A DNA stretch of 55,227 nt from a virus (lineage: Duplodnaviria; Caudoviricetes). The stretch lies in the IMG/VR virus record IMGVR_UViG_3300034073_001024, positions 1 through 55,227 of that record, one strand, 5' to 3'. The notes under the pieces are model-generated. The model worked only from the letters and a program-made list of their open reading frames with translations. It ran no database searches and was not told the origin of the DNA. Positions 43,783-51,431 of the stretch are shown piece after piece. The stretch's first letter is position 1; every line of letters begins with the position of its first letter. The position numbers and the translations under genes were made by a program.

Positions 43783-44052
43783 CGCTTCGCCAGAGGTGCG
43801 TTACAGGGCAAACCCACTGCGCCGCAGCACTTGTAACGGTTCAGGGGCTTGTAACGCTTTTCAGATATATATCCCCCTAGAGATAAGGAGCACTACCTAC
43901 CCACTTACTAAGGTTGCAAGGGTAGGCCCCAATCTTTTATATATATTTCTCTGTTACATGATACAAACAACAAGACAGGCCCTGAGACTGCCTGCGCTGG
44001 TGTGGATCTCGGCGTAACGCTTTTTGTAACGCTCCGGCCCCAAACCGTTACA
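43760..44052. other. Putative replication origin (iterons plus AT-rich tracts)
   Basis: Nine TGTAACG-like heptamers in both orientations around TATATA tracts, directly after primase. Confidence 0.65.
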
Positions 44053-44098
44053 ACCCAGTCCACCACTAGAAACAGCACCGTTGCACCGCGATTCTCAA

Positions 44099-44407
44099 AT
44101 GAGACTCACCAATCACGCACGAGACCGATTCATCCGCGAGATGGAGGACCGGCTGACGCCGGACCTCCTGTACCATTGCTTCACCGGTGAAGGCGATGCC
44201 AATCGCCTCGCTCGTGTCGCTTCACTCGATCACGTACTGCAATCGGCACTACTTGAGAAGGTGGAACGGCAATGGCCTGAAAGGCTGCAATCCATCGCCG
44301 CCGAGCGTCGCGCCGAATGGCTGCGCTCCAAGGCCATCACATCTGCGTACGTGACCCAATGCCTGAAATCAAGTTCAACCTCACCGACGACCAGCTGGCG
44401 CACCTGA
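44099..44407 (+). CDS. Hypothetical protein
   Basis: MRLTNHARDRF...; co-oriented operon. Confidence 0.55.
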   Translation: MRLTNHARDRFIREMEDRLTPDLLYHCFTGEGDANRLARVASLDHVLQSALLEKVERQWPERLQSIAAERRAEWLRSKAITSAYVTQCLKSSSTSPTTSWRT

Positions 44408-44649
44408 ACCAGCAGGCTGCTGCCGCTGGCATCCCACGCGCGCACCTGATCCGTGATCGCGCATTGGCGCCCGCTGCTGGTGTTGCAAGGTTGCGGACGG
44501 TTGAGTATCATTCCCTCGTTGCTGATGCCTGCCGCTTCATGCGCGGCGACCTCTCGCGGCAACACGTGGAAACACTCGTCGCTTATGTCCTCACCCAACT
44601 CGACAAGCGTCAGCGTGAAGCAGCAGCCGATCGTAACCCGGTTGCATGA
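44359..44649 (+). CDS. Ribbon-helix-helix-like protein
   Basis: EIKFNLTDDQLAHLNQQAAAAGIPRAHLIRDRAL. Confidence 0.6.
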   Translation: MPEIKFNLTDDQLAHLNQQAAAAGIPRAHLIRDRALAPAAGVARLRTVEYHSLVADACRFMRGDLSRQHVETLVAYVLTQLDKRQREAAADRNPVA

Positions 44650-44797
44650 CACGCTGGAGCAGGCTGCGGCCTATGCCGCTGCCATTGCAGACAATGCAAC
44701 CGATGACCAGCAACCGATACCACTGGAGCTGGTTGAAGACTTCTCATCTCAATGCTCTGATCTGATCGCTGTCCTCGCCTCTGTCGCCACACGATGA
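44615..44797 (+). CDS. Small hypothetical protein
   Basis: GTG start; stop coupled to the dnaN ATG. Confidence 0.45.
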   Translation: MKQQPIVTRLHDTLEQAAAYAAAIADNATDDQQPIPLELVEDFSSQCSDLIAVLASVATR

Positions 44798-45837
44798 AAT
44801 TCACCACCTGCACCGCTGACCTCGACCATGCGCTGCGTGCTATTGCGCCGGCCATTGGTGTGCGCAGCTCGCATCCGATCCTGGATTGCTGCTTGATCCA
44901 AGCCAACGCCGATGGCACTGCTGTGGTTACCGGCTTCAACCTGGACCTTGGCATCACCTGCACCATCCCGGCTACTGTCACCACTGCCGGCGCCGTAGCG
45001 CTGCCGTATCGCCTGCTGGCTGGCCTCGTGAGCCGACTGGAGGGCGATGAGGCTGTAACCCTCGCAGATGGCGCCCTGAGCGCTTCCAGCGGCTCCTACA
45101 GCCTCGCAGCGCAGTCAGCCGAGGATTACCCCGCTCTGCCGGCTGTAGAGGCCGCAGAGACGCAACTGGAGCTGGCTGGTGCTGTACGTGCTTGCATGGT
45201 GGCTGTCAGCACCGACGCGGCAAAGCAGATGCTCACCGGCATCCACCTCGGCGATGGTCACCTGAGCGCAACTGATGGCCACAGGCTGATGCGTTGCGCT
45301 GTTGACCTGCCGGATGGGTTGGCCATGACGCTGCCGGCCACCACCATGAAGCTGCTGGCGGATCACAGCTGCAGCGTGGTAGCAGCCAAAGGTCAAGCCG
45401 TGATCACCACCGATGAAGGCATCCGCGTTTACAGCCGCGTGCTCGATGGCACCTACCCGAACGTGGCGCAGCTGATCCCAGCCAGCTTTGAGCACACGAT
45501 GATCTTCAACCGGCACCGGCTGACGCGGGCGCTGGAGCGGGTTGCCATCATCGCAGAGGCCACCAACGGCGTGGTGAAGCTGACCGCAGCGGATGGGAAG
45601 CTCACTATCACCGCCGAAGCTGATGCCAATAATGGCCGCGAGTCGTTGGCATACGATGGCACCGGCAATGGCATGTGGGCATTCAATGTGGCCTACTTGC
45701 TTGATGGACTCAAGGCATTCCGCTCGGCGGAGTCGGTTGAGCTGAACTGCAATGCGGCTACTACGCCGGTGGTATTGCGGCCCGCGGGTGACGATGGGCG
45801 CACCTACCTCGTGATGCCCGTGCAAGTGCGCAGCTAA
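44794..45837 (+). CDS. dnaN: DNA polymerase III beta sliding clamp
   Basis: HPILDC, EDYPALP, LTGIH...ATDGHRL, SRVLDGTYPN..QLIP, AFNVAYLLDGL, YLVMPVQ. Confidence 0.92.
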   Translation: MKFTTCTADLDHALRAIAPAIGVRSSHPILDCCLIQANADGTAVVTGFNLDLGITCTIPATVTTAGAVALPYRLLAGLVSRLEGDEAVTLADGALSASSGSYSLAAQSAEDYPALPAVEAAETQLELAGAVRACMVAVSTDAAKQMLTGIHLGDGHLSATDGHRLMRCAVDLPDGLAMTLPATTMKLLADHSCSVVAAKGQAVITTDEGIRVYSRVLDGTYPNVAQLIPASFEHTMIFNRHRLTRALERVAIIAEATNGVVKLTAADGKLTITAEADANNGRESLAYDGTGNGMWAFNVAYLLDGLKAFRSAESVELNCNAATTPVVLRPAGDDGRTYLVMPVQVRS

Positions 45838-45846
45838 CCTATAGGC

Positions 45847-46668
45847 ATGGCTGGACTGTCCGTTGACATTGCTTCTGAGCTGCCGAACATGATTCGGTGG
45901 ACAGATGCAATGTCACGGCAGTTGCCTTGGATGGTGGCCAAGGCAATGACAGAAAGCAGCAAAAAGGCGCAAAATGCGATCAAGGCGCAAGCGCCGCAGA
46001 AAATTGATCGGCCGACGCCTTTTACGCTGAATAGCACATTCGTTAAGTTTGCATCACCTCGCAAACTTGAATCATCCGTTGGCTTTAAGGACTTCGCTAG
46101 CAAGGGCACGCCTGCCGCGAAATATCTACAGCCAATCGTCAAGGGCCAACCGCGTAATGCCAAGCGTTCTGAGGTGTCGTTACGCCGAGCTGGTGTTTTG
46201 CGCGGTAATGAATTCATTGTGCCCACCGGGGTTCATCCGCTACGACTTAACCAGTACGGCAACCTCAGCGGCGGTAAATACACTCAAGTGCTTAGCCGCC
46301 TCCGTGCGCTAGGTGAGCAGGGCTACTTCGGTAACGTCTCACAGTCCGGCCGCAGTCAACGCAAACGCTCCGCTCGTGATTACTTCGTCGGTCGGCCTGG
46401 TGGCCTGCCACGCGGCATTTATGCCCGTGTCGGTCGCCGGCCATCAGGCAAGGGCGGCAAGGGCAGCAAGAAGGGCGGGCGCCCCGCCGCCACCCGCCTC
46501 CCGTCAGGCTTCCACACGGTCTTCTACATCACTAAACAGCCCAACTACCAAGTCACCTTCCCTGTTGACAGGATCTTGATGAATACATGGCAAAACAACT
46601 TCCCCGTGCAGATGCGTAAGGCGATCGAAGCTGAGCTGCAATATCAGGCGATGCGTGGGCGGCGGTGA
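45847..46668 (+). CDS. Basic morphogenesis protein (gpZ-like tail completion)
   Basis: QLPW..AKAMT...IDRPTPFTLNS; Arg/Lys-rich; upstream of cos. Confidence 0.45.
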   Translation: MAGLSVDIASELPNMIRWTDAMSRQLPWMVAKAMTESSKKAQNAIKAQAPQKIDRPTPFTLNSTFVKFASPRKLESSVGFKDFASKGTPAAKYLQPIVKGQPRNAKRSEVSLRRAGVLRGNEFIVPTGVHPLRLNQYGNLSGGKYTQVLSRLRALGEQGYFGNVSQSGRSQRKRSARDYFVGRPGGLPRGIYARVGRRPSGKGGKGSKKGGRPAATRLPSGFHTVFYITKQPNYQVTFPVDRILMNTWQNNFPVQMRKAIEAELQYQAMRGRR

Positions 46669-46746
46669 TCACTGCCGCGTCAGCTGTCGCTTCTGCTGGC
46701 ATGACCACAAGACAAGGGTATCACGGCATCGTTGTATGACGATAGC

Positions 46747-46787
46747 GGGTCCCTCCCCATCTAGGGTTTACGGGTATATGCGATCGT
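46747..46787 (+). other. Putative cos site (cosQ-like plus cosN-like)
   Basis: GGGTCCC, then TTACG-GGTATATGCGAT-CGT; compare lambda GGGTCCT...TTACG-GGGCGGCGACCT-CG. Confidence 0.6.
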
Positions 46788-46918
46788 CGTCCAGAATCCA
46801 GCGCCAGCCCCGAAACCTCCTAAACCACTGCGCCGCAGCGAGTCTCAGTTAGACCAACCCTAAGACGGTTTAGGAGAGTTTAGCAGTGATTAAACTACCA
46901 CTAAACCCATTCAACTCT

Positions 46919-47455
46919 GTGCTGGTTACGTTCGCTGAGTTTGCAGCAATTCGCGGCTGCTCAAAAGGTGCCGTGACCCATGCAACCAAAAGCCGGATCG
47001 CTGATGCGGTGGTGGTCAAGGATGGCCGCAAGTGGCTTGATCGAGACAAGGCACTAGAGCTGTGGAATAAGAACACTGCCGCCACGCACGCCAGCAAGGT
47101 GTCTGTTGCTGACCCAGTGGACGACCCGCCACCGCGTGATGCAGCGGAGCTGAAGCGCCGCGTGAAGGGATTGCCGGATGATGCAATCCCAGATCTCAAT
47201 GAAAGCCGTGCAAGGCGCGAGCACTACCAAGCTGAGCTGGCGAAGCTGCAAGTATCACAACAACGCGGCGACCTTGTACCTGCTGATCAAGTGCGGAAGG
47301 ATGCGTTTCAGATGGGCCGTGCAGTACGTGAAGCGCTGAGCAACTTGGCGGATCGACTCAGCCATCAACTTGCCGGCGAGACCGACCCTGCACGCATCCA
47401 TGATGCACTGACGCAAGAGCACCGTGCTGCACTGCTGGAGTTGTGCAATGAGTGA
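46919..47455 (+). CDS. Terminase small subunit (Nu1-like)
   Basis: N-terminal HTH (FAEFAAIRGCSKGAV), coiled coil ARREHYQAELAKL...GDLVP. Confidence 0.85.
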   Translation: MLVTFAEFAAIRGCSKGAVTHATKSRIADAVVVKDGRKWLDRDKALELWNKNTAATHASKVSVADPVDDPPPRDAAELKRRVKGLPDDAIPDLNESRARREHYQAELAKLQVSQQRGDLVPADQVRKDAFQMGRAVREALSNLADRLSHQLAGETDPARIHDALTQEHRAALLELCNE

Positions 47456-49298
47456 AGCATGGCGCGAAGGGTTCCTGCATGGCTTGCGACCCGAGGAACC
47501 GCTGACCGTATCGCAGTGGGCGGATAAGTATCGCAAGCTAAGCAGCAAGGCAAGCGCTGAACCGGGACCGTGGCGCACCAGCCGTACGCCGTATCTGCGT
47601 GAACCGATGGATTGCTTGAGCAGCGACAGCCCAATTCAGCGTGTTGTGATGATGTTTGCGGCCCAGACCGGCAAAACTGAAGCAGGGAGCAATTGGCTTG
47701 GTTATGTCATTGATCATGCCCCTGGCCCGATGCTATGCGTTCAGCCAACAGTGGAAATGGCAAAACGCCTTAGCAAGCAACGACTAGAAAGCATGATCAC
47801 TGAAACGCCATGCTTGTCCGACAAGATTGCGCCACCACGCAGCAGGGACAGCGGAAACACAATGTTCAGTAAGGAGTTTCCAGGCGGGATCATGCTGCTC
47901 ACCGGCGCCAATAGCGCTACGGGTTTGCGTTCTGCACCGTGCCGTTATTTGTTTGCTGATGAGGTTGATGCATTTCCAAGTGATGTTGACGGTGAAGGCG
48001 ACCCGGTAGCACTGGCCGAACGCCGTACGACAACATTTGCAAGGCGGAAGATACTGCTTACCAGTACGCCAACTGTAAAAGACTTCAGTCGCATTGAAGC
48101 CGAATACGACCGCAGTGACCAGCGGCGTTATTTTGTGCCGTGCCCATCATGCGGCGAGATGCAATGGTTGAAATGGCAACAGTTGAAATGGACTGAAGGT
48201 AAGCCGAGCAGTGTGCGGTATCAATGTGAGCATTGCGGCGAACGATTTGAGGAGGTGAATAAACCGCGAATGCTGGCGAATGGCGAATGGCGCGCTACAG
48301 CACCAAGTGACGGCAAGACCGCTGGCTTCCATTTAAGCGGCCTTTATAGCCCACTTGGATGGTGCAGCTGGGAGCAGCTGGTGGATGACTTCTTGCGCGC
48401 TAAAGGCGATGCACCAGCGCTTAAAGCGTTTGTCAATACAAGACTGAGCGAAACATGGCAAGAGGATTATGCGGCATCTGTCAGCGCCGATGGATTGATG
48501 GCCAAACGATTGGCGTATGAACCCGCTACCTGCCCTGATGGAGTGGTGCTGCTCACCAGCGGCGTTGACGTGCAGGACAACCGATTGGCAGTCAGTGTAT
48601 GGGGATGGAGCGAAGGCGAAACGGGCTGGTTGATTTGGCACCAAGAGTTAATGGGCGATCCAACGCAAGGTGAAGTGTGGCAGCAATTGGATCAGGTGCT
48701 GGCAACGGAATGGGCAGCGCCAAATGGTAAACATCTGAAGATTACGCAGATGGCAATTGACAGCGGCGGCCATTGTACGCATGAGGTTTACAACTATGCG
48801 CGTGAACGTACAGCCAGCGGAGTTGTGGTGATCAAGGGCAGCAGCCGCCGCAATAGTGCAGCGGTCGGCAAGGGCAGCAAGGTGGACGTGAATTGGAAAG
48901 GTCGTGTACTTAAAAAGGGCGTGACGTTGTATATGCTCGGCACTGACACGATCAAGACGACACTGTTCGGCCGAATGAAGCACGACGATGGACCAAGCCA
49001 ACTGCGGTTTGGTATGGCAGCGGATGAGGAGTATTTCAGGCAACTCACAGCTGAACGGCAAACGCTGCGCTACCACCGCGGATTTCCGATTCGTGAGTGG
49101 ACAAAGAAATCTGGCGACCGCAATGAGGCGCTGGACTGTGCGGTGTATGCCTATGCGGCGATGTTGATCTTCAGCCGTAAGATGAACCGTGCAACGATGT
49201 GGGAACAGCTGCGCCGTCAGATGGAAGACGGTAAACCAGCACCACGGCGCCGTACGCAGCAACCACAAGCCGCCAGCGGCTTCGTCACCAATTGGTAG
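47448..49298 (+). CDS. Terminase large subunit (lambda gpA family)
   Basis: TVSQWAD, RTPYLREPM, AQTGKTE, ADEVD, STPT, GVDVQ, IDSGG, RNEALDC.VYA. Confidence 0.95.
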   Translation: MSEAWREGFLHGLRPEEPLTVSQWADKYRKLSSKASAEPGPWRTSRTPYLREPMDCLSSDSPIQRVVMMFAAQTGKTEAGSNWLGYVIDHAPGPMLCVQPTVEMAKRLSKQRLESMITETPCLSDKIAPPRSRDSGNTMFSKEFPGGIMLLTGANSATGLRSAPCRYLFADEVDAFPSDVDGEGDPVALAERRTTTFARRKILLTSTPTVKDFSRIEAEYDRSDQRRYFVPCPSCGEMQWLKWQQLKWTEGKPSSVRYQCEHCGERFEEVNKPRMLANGEWRATAPSDGKTAGFHLSGLYSPLGWCSWEQLVDDFLRAKGDAPALKAFVNTRLSETWQEDYAASVSADGLMAKRLAYEPATCPDGVVLLTSGVDVQDNRLAVSVWGWSEGETGWLIWHQELMGDPTQGEVWQQLDQVLATEWAAPNGKHLKITQMAIDSGGHCTHEVYNYARERTASGVVVIKGSSRRNSAAVGKGSKVDVNWKGRVLKKGVTLYMLGTDTIKTTLFGRMKHDDGPSQLRFGMAADEEYFRQLTAERQTLRYHRGFPIREWTKKSGDRNEALDCAVYAYAAMLIFSRKMNRATMWEQLRRQMEDGKPAPRRRTQQPQAASGFVTNW

Positions 49299-49330
49299 CG
49301 TTTAGACTGTTGATAACAACAGGCACCGCC

Positions 49331-49903
49331 GTGATTGCGCCGCCTTCAAAAATCAGGGCAGGCGATACCGTGCGGTGGCGTGCGGATGAAACTGTTGATA
49401 ATCTCGGCAATGCTGTCACCAGCACCAACTGGAGCCTGCAGTATTTCTTCCGCAGTAACACCGCAGGGGAAGGTGCGACTATAACTGCCACTGCTGCGGC
49501 AACAGGATGGGAGGCGGCGATACCTGCTGCCACCAGCGCTGCATTTGATGCTGGGCAGTGGTTTTGGCAGGCAATTGCCACTAGCGGCGACGATCGCCTT
49601 ACGCTCGGCGCTGGGCAGATCACGGTGCTGGCGGCACTGGATTACGCTGGTACGCCAGATGCGTTTGATGGCCGCACACAAGCTGAGCAAGACTTGGCGG
49701 CAGTGCAGGCTGCAATCCGTGCATTGATCAGCGGCGGTGGCGTCAAGGAATACACCATTGGCAGTCGAAGCATCAAGAAATATGAGCTGAAGGATCTTGT
49801 GGTGATTGAAAGCCAGCTGAAGGCGCAAGTCAAACGTGAACAAGCGGCGCAGCTGATGGCAAATGGACTTGGCAACCCTCATAACTTGTTTGTAAGATTC
49901 TGA
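49331..49903 (+). CDS. Head completion protein (gpW-like C-terminus)
   Basis: Between terminase and portal; LAAVQAAI...VKEYTIGSRSIKK. Confidence 0.7.
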   Translation: MIAPPSKIRAGDTVRWRADETVDNLGNAVTSTNWSLQYFFRSNTAGEGATITATAAATGWEAAIPAATSAAFDAGQWFWQAIATSGDDRLTLGAGQITVLAALDYAGTPDAFDGRTQAEQDLAAVQAAIRALISGGGVKEYTIGSRSIKKYELKDLVVIESQLKAQVKREQAAQLMANGLGNPHNLFVRF

Positions 49904-49904
49904 T

Positions 49905-51431
49905 ATGGGACTCCGCACGCGACTGTTTAAGGCACTGGGCTTTGAGCCAATCCGCAGGCAGCGGCGCGCGTATCAAGGTGCACGCGTCAGTCGGCTGACC
50001 GCTGATTGGGTCACCAGTGGCACCAGCGCTGATGCGGAGATCAAGTCAAGCATTAAGACACTGCGCAACCGCGCAAGACAGCTGTGCAGGGACAATGATT
50101 ACGCCCGCCAAGCATTACGCAGCATTCAGAATAATGTGATCGGCCAAGGCATCAAGCACCAACCGCAGGTGCGGATGCAACGCGGTGGTAAGTTGGATGA
50201 AGCGCTCAATGCGCGCATCACTGATGCATGGCGCAAGTGGAGCCACAAGAGCCGGTGTGATGTACGCGGGATTCTTGGCTTCCATGATATGGAACGCCTG
50301 CTGTGCCGCAGCCTGGCGGAGTCTGGCGAGGTATTTGTACGACTGATCCGCAGGCCATTTGGCGATTCACGCGTGCCATTTGCACTGCAGGTGCTTGAGG
50401 CTGATTATTTAATCGATGATGATGTGCCGATGGCAGCAGCTGGTAATACAGTGCGTATGGGCATTGAAGTAGATGAATTTGAGCGGCCTGCTGCTTACCA
50501 CTTTTATACAACCCACCCCGGCGACACCCACCAAGGCTATCAACGCAATAATCGCAACCGCATTCGTGTGCCGGCCGAGGATGTTATCCACTTGTTCCTA
50601 CCCGAACGTCCTGGGCAGTCGCGCGGTGTGACGTGGTTTGCGTCGGCTTTGATGCGGCTGCACATGCTGCAGGGTTACGAGGAAGCCGAGGTAGTGCGCG
50701 CTCGCGCCAGTAGTGCACTGATGGGTTTCATCCAATCACCCGAAGGTGAACTGGTTGGTGATGAGGTATATGAAGGTGACCGCGTTAGTGAGTTTACGCC
50801 TGGTGTATTCAAGTACCTTGCACCTGGTGAATCTGTCACAGTACCGGATCTCAACGCACCAGACGGGCAACTGGAACCGTTCACGCGATCAATGTTGCGC
50901 GCTGTTGCAGCTGGCATTGGCACCAGCTTTGAAAGCATCAGCAAGAACTTCTCCGAAAGTAACTACAGCAGCAGCCGACTCAGCCTGCTTGAGGAGCGTG
51001 ATACGTATCGGGTGCTGCAGCGGTATTTTGTTGAGAATTTCCATCAGCAAGTCTTTGAAGCATGGCTTGAGATGGCAGTGCTGAGCGGTGAACTCGACCT
51101 GCCGGGGTATGAGATGAATCCAGACCGCTACCGCGCCAGCAGATGGATACCACGCAGCTGGGAGTGGGTGGACCCGCAGAAGGAGGTCGGAGCGTATAAA
51201 GATGCTGTGCGGTGCGGGTTTAAGACACTTGGTGATGTGATCAGCGCGCAAGGCGGCGATCTTGAAGAAACACTGACTGCCAGACAGGCTGAACTTGCAA
51301 TGCTGGATGAGCGTAATATTGTGACAGATACTGACCCGAGTGAGGTGAGCGTCAATGGCTCGGCGCAGCCGGACCCTGTGCCGTTTCCTGATACGCAACC
51401 ACCGGAGGTGAGCGATGGACAGCAATCGTGA
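49905..51431 (+). CDS. Portal protein (lambda gpB family)
   Basis: LRNRARQL.RDN, RPGQSRGV, NYSSSRLSLLE, WVDPQKE. Confidence 0.95.
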   Translation: MGLRTRLFKALGFEPIRRQRRAYQGARVSRLTADWVTSGTSADAEIKSSIKTLRNRARQLCRDNDYARQALRSIQNNVIGQGIKHQPQVRMQRGGKLDEALNARITDAWRKWSHKSRCDVRGILGFHDMERLLCRSLAESGEVFVRLIRRPFGDSRVPFALQVLEADYLIDDDVPMAAAGNTVRMGIEVDEFERPAAYHFYTTHPGDTHQGYQRNNRNRIRVPAEDVIHLFLPERPGQSRGVTWFASALMRLHMLQGYEEAEVVRARASSALMGFIQSPEGELVGDEVYEGDRVSEFTPGVFKYLAPGESVTVPDLNAPDGQLEPFTRSMLRAVAAGIGTSFESISKNFSESNYSSSRLSLLEERDTYRVLQRYFVENFHQQVFEAWLEMAVLSGELDLPGYEMNPDRYRASRWIPRSWEWVDPQKEVGAYKDAVRCGFKTLGDVISAQGGDLEETLTARQAELAMLDERNIVTDTDPSEVSVNGSAQPDPVPFPDTQPPEVSDGQQS

